From assembly GCA_046483305.1 (NCBI GenBank), contig JAWODM010000014.1, positions 59,367 to 123,366 of the forward strand: DNA of 64,000 bases. The letters run 5' to 3'. A program made the position numbers and the translations under genes. The notes beneath the pieces were generated by a model. It worked only from the letters and a program-made list of their open reading frames with translations, had not been told where the DNA came from and made no database searches. Numbering within the stretch: position 1 is the first letter of the stretch; each line of letters begins with the position of its first letter. Origin of the DNA: Candidatus Krumholzibacteriales bacterium. Its GTDB lineage: Bacteria > Krumholzibacteriota > Krumholzibacteriia > Krumholzibacteriales > WJIX01. Positions 47,148 to 56,373 of this stretch are shown here, one piece after another.

Positions 47148-48884
47148 ATGAAAGTAAATCCGCGTGCCGTCAACCTGCAGGACGAAGATAAGATCAGAAA
47201 GATGATCTTTGTCAGGCTGGTGGTAGCCACTCTGGTAGTGGGAGCCGCTACCATAGCGCTCCAGGCCCAGAGCAGGGAGCTGGCCTCGGCCGTCCTCTAT
47301 TCCCTTCTTGGGGTTATATACCTGAGTACCGGAGCTGTCTATCTGGGGCACCGGCGGGGAGTCCCCTTCAAGTTACTGGTCAGTATTCTTATCGGCGTTG
47401 ATATAGCGGTACTGACCCTGATAGTCCATTACAGCGGCGGATCCGAGTCTATCTTTACCAATCTGTACATACTGACCATATTCATGGGGGGTTTTTACTT
47501 CCAGGTTTCCGGCGGGCTGGTAACCTCCCTGCTGGCCGCCACCGCTTATATAATATACACGCTCCTGGAGCTGAAGGGGGGGGTCAGGTCTCCGGAGGGA
47601 GCCATACTGTTCACCCACCAGAACCTCTTCGATTCACTGATCAACGGGTATGTTCACCTGGCTGTGTTTGTCTCCAGCGGGCTGATCAGCGGATATTTCT
47701 CCCGCAGGATTATCAGCAGCAGGGAAATACTTGCCGACCGGGAAGAGGAGATAAAGCAGATCCAGATAAATAACGATTCCATATTCAGGAATATGAGCAG
47801 CGGGCTGGTGGTTATGAACCTGGAGAGAGAAGTTATATCGATGAATCCCGCGGCCAGGAGGATCCTCGGCGTAGATGAAGGAATGGATGTGGAGGGCAGG
47901 CCTCTCGGAGAAGTTATGGACGGGATGGATCCCCTGCTGCAGGAGCTGGTACTGGTCCAGGAGACCGGGATTCAGAAAAAGAGGCATGAGATCGAACTGG
48001 TCAGGCCGGACGGGACGGAACTTCCGCTCGGTATCAGCATATCCCTGCTCATCGGGAGCGGGGGACAGAAGATGGGAGTAATAGCCCTTTTCCAGGACCT
48101 CACCGAGGTACACATGATGAGAAAGAAGGTAAGGCAGTCGGACAAACTTGCCGCTGTGGGGGAGATATCGGCGGCGATAGCGCATGAAATCAGGGCTCCC
48201 CTGGCCTCCATTTGCGGTTCCACCGAGATGCTGAAGCAGGAACTGGAAGTGGACGAAGAAAATATGGAGCTGATGGACCTTATAATAAGAGAGTCCGACC
48301 GGCTGGACGGAATGATCACCGAGTTTCTGGAGTATTCAAAGATACGCCAGCCGGAGTTCGAATCGGTCAATATCGAGAACTGCCTCAGGGAGACCGTAAT
48401 GCTGATCAAGCACGGCTCTCATCTGAAGGACTCCTGTACCCTCACCTTCGAAGCGGAGGCCGGGGGGATCAGGGTTTTCGCCGACGAGCAGCAGATAAGA
48501 CAGGTATTCCTCAATATCGCTCTGAACGCCTGCCAGGCGGTGGAATGCAACGGGAGCATCAATATCGACCTGAAAACCGTGAAGAAGCGTGCGGAGAACG
48601 GCGAAGGGGAAGTGGAGGAGTACGCCCAGGTCAGATTCATCAACGACGGAGAGCCCATATCAGAGAAGGACAGGGCGCATATATTCGATCCGTTTTTCAC
48701 CACCAAGGAGGGCGGTACCGGCCTGGGCCTGGCCACCGCCGCCAGGATAGTGGAAAGCCATTCAGGATCGATTCACGTGGAAAGCAATAATTTCAGGACA
48801 GTATTTACGCTTCTGCTGCCGCTGAAGCATTTCGAGGGTCAGATAGGAATCAAGGAAATACAGAATCAATTTGAGAAAGTTTAG
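47148..48884 (+). CDS. sensor histidine kinase, PilS-like (multi-TM N-terminus, PAS, HisKA, HATPase)
   Basis: H-box ISAAIAHEIRAPLASI, GTGLGLA G-box, six N-terminal hydrophobic helices. Confidence 0.75.
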   Translation: MKVNPRAVNLQDEDKIRKMIFVRLVVATLVVGAATIALQAQSRELASAVLYSLLGVIYLSTGAVYLGHRRGVPFKLLVSILIGVDIAVLTLIVHYSGGSESIFTNLYILTIFMGGFYFQVSGGLVTSLLAATAYIIYTLLELKGGVRSPEGAILFTHQNLFDSLINGYVHLAVFVSSGLISGYFSRRIISSREILADREEEIKQIQINNDSIFRNMSSGLVVMNLEREVISMNPAARRILGVDEGMDVEGRPLGEVMDGMDPLLQELVLVQETGIQKKRHEIELVRPDGTELPLGISISLLIGSGGQKMGVIALFQDLTEVHMMRKKVRQSDKLAAVGEISAAIAHEIRAPLASICGSTEMLKQELEVDEENMELMDLIIRESDRLDGMITEFLEYSKIRQPEFESVNIENCLRETVMLIKHGSHLKDSCTLTFEAEAGGIRVFADEQQIRQVFLNIALNACQAVECNGSINIDLKTVKKRAENGEGEVEEYAQVRFINDGEPISEKDRAHIFDPFFTTKEGGTGLGLATAARIVESHSGSIHVESNNFRTVFTLLLPLKHFEGQIGIKEIQNQFEKV

Positions 48885-48892
48885 TCAGGGAG

Positions 48893-50278
48893 TTGGAATT
48901 CATGGTAAATGGAAAAGTATTAATCGCTGATGACGAGAAGAGTATGTGCAAGTATCTGTCCATTATGCTCAAGAAGGAAGGGTATGAAGTCGAAACCGTG
49001 TATGACGGAAAGGATGCCATAGAGAAGATCAGGGAGGGCGGCCTTGATGTGGTAATAACCGACATCAGGATGAAGGAGGCCGACGGGCTGGAGGTCCTAT
49101 CCGCCGCCCGCGAGGCCGAATCAAACCTTCCGGTGGTGATAATGACCGCTTACGCCTCCCAGAAGACCGCCATAGAGGCCCTGAACAAGGGCGCTTTCTA
49201 TTACCTGGTCAAAAGGGCCGCCAAGAATGACGAGATAAAGATGGTGGTAAAGAACGCTATCGATATGCGCAGGGTAACCAGTGAAAACGTCTTTCTCAAG
49301 AGGCAGCTGAAGGGTAACGGCGATTTCAAGAATATCATAGGCAAAAGCGAGGAGATGCAGAAGGTGTTCGAGAGGGTAAGGAAGGTAGCCAACTCGGACA
49401 GCACCATCCTGATCAACGGCGAGAGCGGTACCGGGAAGGAGCTGGTGGCAAAATCGATACATTACCAGAGCAGGCGCTCCAAGAATGCCTTCGTTTCGAT
49501 CAACTGCGGAGCTCTTCCTGAAAACCTCCTGGAGAGCGAGCTTTTCGGGCACAGGAAGGGAAGCTTCACCGGAGCGATTAGAGAGAAGGACGGCCTTTTC
49601 AAGGTCGCCTGCGGAGGTACCTTCTTCCTTGACGAGGTGGGAGAGACCTCCCCCGCCATCCAGGTAAAGCTTCTCAGGGTCCTGCAGGAGAGAGAAATCA
49701 TCCCGGTGGGAGGGACCAGGCCCATAAAGGTCGATGTGCGGCTGATAGCTGCCACCAACGCCGACCTGGAGGAGAACGTCAAGAACGGCAGTTTCAGGCC
49801 TGACCTCTATTACCGCCTGAATGTAATACCTATCACGATACCCCCTCTGAGGAAAAGACAGAGCGATATCCCTCTGCTGGTCGATCACTTCCTGAAAAAG
49901 GCCTCCGAGAAGACCAATCAGAAGAAGACCATCTCAAAGAAGGCCCTGGAACTGATGGTCGAGTACGACTGGCCCGGCAACGTCAGGGAGCTGGAGAATA
50001 TAGTGGAGCGTGCGATAGTGCTTCAGGAGGGGGACAGGATCATGCCCCACGACCTGCCCGACAAGATCAGGTTCCACTCCAGGTCGAGCAGGAATATCGT
50101 CCTGGACGATACCCAGATGACGCTGGAGGAACTGGAGAAGGAGTATGTGATCTCGGTGCTGGACGAAACCGGATGGCAAAAGAAGAAAGCGAGCGAGATA
50201 CTTGGGATTAATGCTTCCACGTTGTACCGTAAGATTCAGCGTTATGGCCTGAAACGGGAGAAAGAGACTGTCGAGTAA
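48893..50278 (+). CDS. sigma-54-dependent response regulator (NtrC family, PilR-like)
   Basis: Receiver domain (LIADDEKSM...DVVITDIRM), AAA+ sigma-54 activator domain (GESGTGKELVA, GAFTGA-like GSFTGA, ESELFGH) and C-terminal Fis-type HTH. Confidence 0.85.
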   Translation: MEFMVNGKVLIADDEKSMCKYLSIMLKKEGYEVETVYDGKDAIEKIREGGLDVVITDIRMKEADGLEVLSAAREAESNLPVVIMTAYASQKTAIEALNKGAFYYLVKRAAKNDEIKMVVKNAIDMRRVTSENVFLKRQLKGNGDFKNIIGKSEEMQKVFERVRKVANSDSTILINGESGTGKELVAKSIHYQSRRSKNAFVSINCGALPENLLESELFGHRKGSFTGAIREKDGLFKVACGGTFFLDEVGETSPAIQVKLLRVLQEREIIPVGGTRPIKVDVRLIAATNADLEENVKNGSFRPDLYYRLNVIPITIPPLRKRQSDIPLLVDHFLKKASEKTNQKKTISKKALELMVEYDWPGNVRELENIVERAIVLQEGDRIMPHDLPDKIRFHSRSSRNIVLDDTQMTLEELEKEYVISVLDETGWQKKKASEILGINASTLYRKIQRYGLKREKETVE

Positions 50279-50409
50279 TCTTTACAGTTGATTGCATTAC
50301 GAAACGAGAGAGAGCGAATTAGGATTGGAGCGGATAATAAGCCGGAAAGACAGATGATACAAGTGGTTGTTATAAATGTACTTAACCTCCAAGCCAGCTG
50401 TAACATTCT

Positions 50410-50424
50410 TGGCATATTATTTGC
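50410..50424 (+). promoter_or_regulatory. sigma-54 (-24/-12) promoter TGGCAT-N5-TTGC upstream of pilA
   Basis: TGGCATATTATTTGC has GG and GC at exactly the canonical spacing. It lies 120 nt upstream of the pilin start and immediately downstream of a sigma-54 activator gene. Confidence 0.55.
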
Positions 50425-50545
50425 CCCTATAGTTAGCGGGGCCGCAAAAAGGGCCCGTAAAATGGAAATTAGACGGCTGAGACGCCGTATATAACGATTT
50501 TCGAAGCATGGTCGCTTTGAATCGAGCACACAAAGGAGGTGCAGG

Positions 50546-50980
50546 ATGAATAACAAGGGTTTTACCCTGATCGAGCTGATGATCGTAGTAGTGATTATCG
50601 GTATTCTGGCAGCAATAGCGATCCCGAACTTTATCAACATGCAGGCGAGGGCAAAGGAAGCTGCAACCAAGTCTAACTGTCATACAGTTCAGCTTGCCGC
50701 GGAGGACTTTGCCGTACAGAATGATGGAGTATACGCAGCGGACAATACCTCAGCGCTGCCAAACGGTGACACAGTTGTGGATCTGTTCCCCGGTGGAGCG
50801 CTTCTGGAGAATCCGTTCACCAAGATCGCCTCTGAGCCCAATGTATGGGGCGGAAATGCTGCTCAGGCCGGAGAGATCGGATACGCAGCTATTCTTCTCA
50901 ACGGTATTAATGTAGGCTATAACATCACCGGCGGTGACAAGGATGGCGCCGTTATGATCACTCTCTCGAGTGGACAGTAA
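50546..50980 (+). CDS. pilA: type IV major pilin (PilA-like)
   Basis: N-terminal class III signal MNNKGFTLIELMIVVVIIGILAAIAIPNF (prepilin peptidase site G|FTLIE). Confidence 0.85.
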   Translation: MNNKGFTLIELMIVVVIIGILAAIAIPNFINMQARAKEAATKSNCHTVQLAAEDFAVQNDGVYAADNTSALPNGDTVVDLFPGGALLENPFTKIASEPNVWGGNAAQAGEIGYAAILLNGINVGYNITGGDKDGAVMITLSSGQ

Positions 50981-51003
50981 GATCAGTACAAGTTGACTTT
51001 CGC

Positions 51004-51038
51004 GGGCGGCTCACACACGGGCCGCCCTTTTTGTTTTT
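51004..51038 (+). terminator. rho-independent terminator after pilA
   Basis: gggcggc (51004-51010) pairs with gccgccc (51021-51027), followed by tttttgttttt. Confidence 0.7.
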
Positions 51039-51040
51039 GA

Positions 51041-51178
51041 TACCCTGTATTGGAAAAACCGCTGTCAGTTTCCCCGGCGAGGAAACTGCAGCTCCCGCCT
51101 CGGGCTCGCTCTTTCTGCCCCTGCGGGCCAGAAATCCGTGCCCGCTCGCCCTGCGGAGGGTTTTTCCAATACAGGGTA
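51041..51178 (+). repeat. structured repeat element, copy 1 (perfect 20-bp terminal inverted repeats enclosing 98 bp)
   Basis: taccctgtattggaaaaacc (51041-51060) is the exact reverse complement of ggtttttccaatacagggta (51159-51178). Internal hairpins cagtttcc/ggaaactg and tttctg/cagaaa. Confidence 0.55.
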
Positions 51179-51247
51179 TCAAGATTAAATAACTATAGCT
51201 GGTTGCCCGATTCTTAGTATTGATATTTTTATTATTTAGTTTATTGA

Positions 51248-51332
51248 CCGCTGTCGGTTACTCGCCGGCCGGGGAAACCGCAGCTCTGAGCCTCGCACAT
51301 CGCTCTTTCCGGCCCTGGCGGGCCGGAAATCC
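51248..51332 (+). repeat. structured repeat element, copy 2 (core only, no terminal IR)
   Basis: Aligns to the copy-1 core (ccgctgtc...ctctttc...gggcc.gaaatcc). Both stems are preserved through compensatory changes (cggtt/aaccg; tttccggccc/gggccggaaa). Confidence 0.5.
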
Positions 51333-51617
51333 ATTAACTGTATGAACCAGAATATAAAACGAAATATATATACTTTGCGACTATAAACAGTCTATAATAT
51401 TGACATCGGCGGCGCTGATTGATATATTTAAACCAAGAAAAGGGGTATTTATAGAAGAAACGCTACAGTTTTCTTTTTGTGTTAAATTCAAGGTTTTAAC
51501 TTACAGGAAGGGAGCGGGTAGCGTCTTTTTATATTTTATGATTATACTGTTTGATTTTTTTTCAGGCTGTAGTATTTTCATAAAAAACTAATAATTGACC
51601 CCGCAAAGAAAGCTGTG

Positions 51618-52868
51618 ATGGAAACGATCCTGATAATATTGATAACGGTTCTTATGGGAGCGGTTTTCTACACCTACGCAGGTTATCCGATAATACTTTT
51701 CCTTGTGGGCCTTTTCAGCGGCAGGCAGAGGCGGGGAGGATCGGATGAACTACCCTCCGTGGCCCTTATTATTTCAGCTCACAACGAAAGCAGGATAATA
51801 AGGGACAAGATAGAGAATTCCCTTCAGCTCGATTACCCTTCAGATAAACTGAGGATAATCGTCGCCAGCGACGGTTCCGATGACGGTACCAACAGCATAG
51901 TCAGGGAATACCCGGGAGTTACCCTGAAGGCGTTCGATAACCGGAGCGGAAAGAGCGCCACTCTGAACAGGGCGGTGGTCGGACTTGAAGACGATATACT
52001 GATATTCTCCGACGCGAACGCTTTTTACCGCGGGGATGCGGTCAGGAAGCTGGTCCGTAACTTCGATGACCCCGATGTAGGGTGCGTGGTGGGGAAGCTC
52101 GTCTATATGGACGGCGAATCCAGCGTGGGAAAGGGGGAGAGCCTGTACTGGAGGTACGAAGCTCTGCTTAACTGGCTGGAGAGCCGCAGGAAATCGGTGC
52201 TGGTGGCGACCGGCACCATCTTCGCGATAAGAAGAAAACTGTACCGGCCCGTTCAGAGCGATGTGGCCAACGACCTTCAGATCCCGGCCGATATAGCTTC
52301 CCAGGGGTACGGGGTAGTCTATGAGAAGGAAGCGGTCGCCAGCGAAAAGGCGACTTCATACTACCGCGAGGAATTCATGCGCAAGTACAGGATAATAGTG
52401 AGGGGCCTGACCGGTTACAGGCACCTGAAAGGCGATTTCGGAAACAGTTTCAGGAATTTCCAGTTTGTTTCCAGAAAACTGCTTCGCTGGTGGGTGGGCC
52501 CGATACTGACCTTGGCCTACCTCCTGAATATCTTTCTACTCGGCAATCCAATATTTCTGGCCCTGTTTATCCTCCAGACCGTTTTCTATCTTCTGGCGCT
52601 GGCCGGTTTTGTGACCGGAAGGGGAAACAGGCAGAGCAAGTTTCTATACATACCTTTCTATTTTGTCACCGTTAACGCGGCCTCTTTCTACGCCATAGCC
52701 ACTTTCCTTTCCGGAAAGAGGTATGCCGCCTGGGACAAGGCGGAAACCACCAGGGATATCAGGGAGGACCAGCCATACGTACCCGAACTCAGGATTGTGG
52801 GGAGCGGGGATAATGACCGCCCTGAGGGTAAGAAGAAAAAACGGGGCAAAATGGAAAGGATCACCTGA
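51618..52868 (+). CDS. family 2 glycosyltransferase (membrane-integrated, processive-type)
   Basis: N-terminal TM. SAHNE...DYPSDKLRIIVASDGSDDGT (DxD region), FSDANAF, C-terminal TM helices and a QxxRW-like region. Confidence 0.8.
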   Translation: METILIILITVLMGAVFYTYAGYPIILFLVGLFSGRQRRGGSDELPSVALIISAHNESRIIRDKIENSLQLDYPSDKLRIIVASDGSDDGTNSIVREYPGVTLKAFDNRSGKSATLNRAVVGLEDDILIFSDANAFYRGDAVRKLVRNFDDPDVGCVVGKLVYMDGESSVGKGESLYWRYEALLNWLESRRKSVLVATGTIFAIRRKLYRPVQSDVANDLQIPADIASQGYGVVYEKEAVASEKATSYYREEFMRKYRIIVRGLTGYRHLKGDFGNSFRNFQFVSRKLLRWWVGPILTLAYLLNIFLLGNPIFLALFILQTVFYLLALAGFVTGRGNRQSKFLYIPFYFVTVNAASFYAIATFLSGKRYAAWDKAETTRDIREDQPYVPELRIVGSGDNDRPEGKKKKRGKMERIT

Positions 52869-52876
52869 CTCTATAA

Positions 52877-54040
52877 ATGAAATCTATCAGGATTCTCTTT
52901 TTTATCAGCTCACTGAATTGCGGCGGAGCGGAAAATCATCTTCTCAACATCTGCCGGTTTCTTTCGGGACAGGGGCATTATGCGGCTGTCTGTTCACTCT
53001 CCGGCGGCGGGGACGACCTGGAGGAAAAGTTCAGGGAGCTGGGGACCGGGCTTTCCTATCTTAACCTTCCCTCGCTGGCGTCCTTCTGCAACCCGGCCCG
53101 TGTCGGAAGGCTGAGGCGGATCGTAAAAACAGCCGCCCCGGATATCATTCACGCCCATCTGTATCATGCTGAAGCTACCGCCGCGCTGGGGTCTCTCTTT
53201 TGTGACGCTCCCCTGATAGTTACCAGGCACAGCTCCGGGCTGGAGTTCAACGGTTTCAGGAGGCTGGTGACCGGAGCGGCATCCTCGAGAATAGACCGCC
53301 TGATAGCGGTGAGCTCCCAGGCCGCCGATGAGGCCTCAAAGACCGGAACAGACAGAGAACGGATTTCAGTGATTGAAAGCGGTATAGATACGGATCTCTT
53401 CAGGCCCCTTTCAGGCGATCAGAGGGAGAAAGAGAGAAGAAATTACTTGAACCGGCTGTTCGGAAGCGACGGGGAAAAGCCCCTGATCCTGATCGGTTCG
53501 GTGGGAGGCCTAAGGCCGGTGAAGAACTTTGAGCTTTTTCTCCGGATGGCCGGGCGGCTTACAAACAGCGGAAGCGGTCTGTCTCAGCGGCTGAGGTTCG
53601 TAATCACAGGGGAGGGCGGGCAGAGAGAACGGCTCCGTAAACTGATCGATGAACTGGATATCGGTGATGTGACCGCAATGCCCGGCAGAACCGAAAGCCC
53701 CGAGAAGGTGATCCCGCTCTTTGACATATTCGTCCTGACTTCGGATTCGGAAGGGGTGCCGGTTGCCTTCCTGGAAGCGATGTCATGCGGGGTTCCATGT
53801 GTGGCCAGCAGGGTGGGAGGGATCCCGGATGCGGCTGCCGGAAATTCGCTTCTCCCCGAGGCCGGGGACCTGGACGGATTTGTCCGGAGCGTAAGCTCCC
53901 TGGCAGAAGACGGCCGGCAGCGGGACCGGATAGGAGCCAGAAACAGGGAAATCGCCGTTGAGCGATACGGCCTGGAAGGCTGGGGCAGCCGGATCCTCTC
54001 GGTTTATTCCTCCGCTCTGAAAACTTCCCAGGCAGAATAG
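52877..54040 (+). CDS. family 4 (GT-B) glycosyltransferase
   Basis: N-terminal GGAENHL motif and C-terminal EGVPVAFLEAMSCGVPCVASRVGGIPD (EX7E region) typical of GT4. Confidence 0.8.
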   Translation: MKSIRILFFISSLNCGGAENHLLNICRFLSGQGHYAAVCSLSGGGDDLEEKFRELGTGLSYLNLPSLASFCNPARVGRLRRIVKTAAPDIIHAHLYHAEATAALGSLFCDAPLIVTRHSSGLEFNGFRRLVTGAASSRIDRLIAVSSQAADEASKTGTDRERISVIESGIDTDLFRPLSGDQREKERRNYLNRLFGSDGEKPLILIGSVGGLRPVKNFELFLRMAGRLTNSGSGLSQRLRFVITGEGGQRERLRKLIDELDIGDVTAMPGRTESPEKVIPLFDIFVLTSDSEGVPVAFLEAMSCGVPCVASRVGGIPDAAAGNSLLPEAGDLDGFVRSVSSLAEDGRQRDRIGARNREIAVERYGLEGWGSRILSVYSSALKTSQAE

Positions 54041-54195
54041 AAATATTTCATTTTATTCACATGAAAATTGAAACTTTCGGGTGACTGGAGACTATATATC
54101 AGTAGAGTCATCAGAGAAAACTTAAGATAATACCCGCCGGCGGAATCAAAGCCGGCCGATACAGGATCAACAGAACCGGAAAGAGAGGAACCGCC

Positions 54196-55209
54196 ATGAA
54201 AAAGGGATTACTCGTAGTCCTGGCAGTTGTTGTGGGAACTGCCCTGCTGTCAGCCTGCGGCGCGCAGGCGGGAAGGACAGCGGTGAAAGCGGCCAGCGGT
54301 GAGGAAGCCAGAAAAGAGAAGGCGTTTCTCGGTATTTTCATGTCTGATCTTACTGAGGAGGCGATCAAGGAAAAGGGTTACCGGATTGAAAAAGGCGTTA
54401 TTATCAGCGGGGTGATTGATGGAAGTCCCGCCGATGAAGCTGATATTGAAGAAGGGGACATAGTTATCAGTATCGACGGAATCGAGATCGGGGATACCAG
54501 GCAACTGGCCGGTCAGGTGGCCGCCAGAAAGCCGGGAGACCGGGTGAAGATAGAGCTTTTCAGGAATGGCGAAAAGAAGAGTATCGAGGTGGAACTCGGT
54601 GAGAAGGAAGAGGATGAATGGGTGATTTCCTGGGACGATGATGACCTGAGCAAATACTATATCCAGATGTCCAGGATGGGCAAGCACCTGGGAAAGTCTA
54701 TCGGGGGGATGTTTGAAAGCTACAATTGGAAACTGAGCGGGATGGAAGTTTCGGAAATCGACGGGGACCTGGCGGATTACTTCGAAGTGGATGAGGGGGA
54801 AGGGGTTCTGGTCACCGAAGTTGACGAAGAGGGTGTGGCAGGCCAGATAGGGATAAGGAGCGGCGATATCATCGTGGAGGTAGGGGGAAAGAAGATTGAA
54901 TCGGTGGACGACCTGAATGAAGCCGTGGGAGATTGCGAAGGCGAATTTAAAGTGGTAGTGGTGAGAAAGGGCCGCCGGAAGGAGTTCGAGGTAGATCTGG
55001 AAGATTATGATGCCGGCTATAATATTCACAGGCTTCCCGAAGACAGAGAGCTGAAGATAAAGATTCCCCGCAGGGATATAATCGATATCAAAACCATGAA
55101 ACTGGCCAGAGAGTTCGAGGAGGACCTCGAGAAGGAACTCCAGGAGCTGAAGTTGAAGCTGGAGGAGCTGAAGAAGAGGCTGGAAAGGATGGAAAAAGAC
55201 CGGGAATAA
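54196..55209 (+). CDS. lipoprotein with two PDZ domains and C-terminal coiled coil
   Basis: Lipobox LLSAC. Two PDZ-like segments (GVIISGVIDGSPADEADIEEGDIVISIDG; GVLVTEVDEEGVAGQIGIRSGDIIVEVGG). C-terminal EELKLKLEELKKRLERMEK coiled coil. Confidence 0.65.
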   Translation: MKKGLLVVLAVVVGTALLSACGAQAGRTAVKAASGEEARKEKAFLGIFMSDLTEEAIKEKGYRIEKGVIISGVIDGSPADEADIEEGDIVISIDGIEIGDTRQLAGQVAARKPGDRVKIELFRNGEKKSIEVELGEKEEDEWVISWDDDDLSKYYIQMSRMGKHLGKSIGGMFESYNWKLSGMEVSEIDGDLADYFEVDEGEGVLVTEVDEEGVAGQIGIRSGDIIVEVGGKKIESVDDLNEAVGDCEGEFKVVVVRKGRRKEFEVDLEDYDAGYNIHRLPEDRELKIKIPRRDIIDIKTMKLAREFEEDLEKELQELKLKLEELKKRLERMEKDRE

Positions 55210-55232
55210 TGTTTCTCTGAACCTTTCAGACC

Positions 55233-55264
55233 GGGGTGTTCCGCAGCGGAACACCCCTTTTTTT
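55233..55264 (+). terminator. rho-independent terminator after the PDZ lipoprotein gene
   Basis: ggggtgttcc-gcagc-ggaacacccc followed by ttttttt. Confidence 0.7.
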
Positions 55265-55552
55265 GCCCTTTAACCGGCTGCCGTGATGAGACTGGACCCT
55301 TACGTATTTGAATTGGATTTTCCCCAATATTTCATCAATCAGCCGCAGATGGCAGTTCAGTTACACTGATTCCAGCTCTTATTTTCTGCAGTACAGTATC
55401 GTATGGTTACTCAGTAGAATTACTGTGATGTTTTTGGGGAAACTCCAGGTATTTAAACCTTTGACAGTAACAATAAAGTAGTCTATTTTATTTATCACCG
55501 GAATAGATATCAGGCGGGACATTCCGGGAATTATTAACTGGGAGAGAGAAAT

Positions 55553-56284
55553 ATGGAAGAGAACAGGCAGGAGTTCGAGGTCGATACTGTTAAAGCGGAG
55601 CCTGATAAGAAGTTTCTTGCTTCAATAGCTGACATTTTCGTTGATCCGGGAAAGGTTTTCAACCGTATAGACGCCGGGCTTGAATGGTGGAAGCCGTTCA
55701 TACTGGTAGCTGCTGTCATGATCATCATGGTGTGGGCTCAAGCGCCGGTCAATATGCAGGTAATGTCTCTGAATGAAAGGGGCCTGAGTGAAGAGCAGCT
55801 TCAGATGGCCCTGGACAGAATGGGGACCTTTCAGGTAGTAGGGTATATCGTGGCTCCGATAGCCGCCATTACCATTTACCTGCTCAGCGCGTTGGTGATT
55901 AATATCACCGCCAACCTGATGAGCGGGCGCTCCGATTACAGGAAAGCGCTCAGCCTCTCTATATTTGTTGGCCTGATACCGCTGGTGGAACAGATAATTT
56001 CGGTGGTGGTGGTCCGGATGCGGGGAATAGAGGCTATACAGTCCACCCAGGATGCCCAGATATCTCTCAGCCTGGCTCCTCTTTTTTCGGACGCCGGGAA
56101 TTTTGTCAACTCAATCCTGAAGAGTCTCAGTATTTTCAGTATATGGTATTATATAGTCATGGCCCTGGGTATAGCCGCCATATACAGGATAAATGTCAAG
56201 AAATCCGCGGTTCCGGTGGTTATTCTTTGGATAATTTCCTTCCTGTTCATATATTTAGGTAGTCTGTTCAGCGTGAGCGCGTGA
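55553..56284 (+). CDS. Yip1-family integral membrane protein
   Basis: About 240 aa with five hydrophobic helices after a ~40-aa soluble N-terminus, the typical DUF1282/Yip1 architecture. Confidence 0.55.
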   Translation: MEENRQEFEVDTVKAEPDKKFLASIADIFVDPGKVFNRIDAGLEWWKPFILVAAVMIIMVWAQAPVNMQVMSLNERGLSEEQLQMALDRMGTFQVVGYIVAPIAAITIYLLSALVINITANLMSGRSDYRKALSLSIFVGLIPLVEQIISVVVVRMRGIEAIQSTQDAQISLSLAPLFSDAGNFVNSILKSLSIFSIWYYIVMALGIAAIYRINVKKSAVPVVILWIISFLFIYLGSLFSVSA

Positions 56285-56373
56285 AGGGGTGGCGGCAGGG
56301 AACAGATTTTTTATGATACTGAACTGGAGATTTGCTGGAACTTTTGAAGATTTAAATTCAATGGAGGTCAGGT

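Noticed and set aside
51400-51591. 63-aa ORF in the AT-rich region before the GT2 gene.
   Set aside because: It is hydrophobic and low-complexity with AT-rich codon usage unlike every real gene here. It is most likely promoter DNA.
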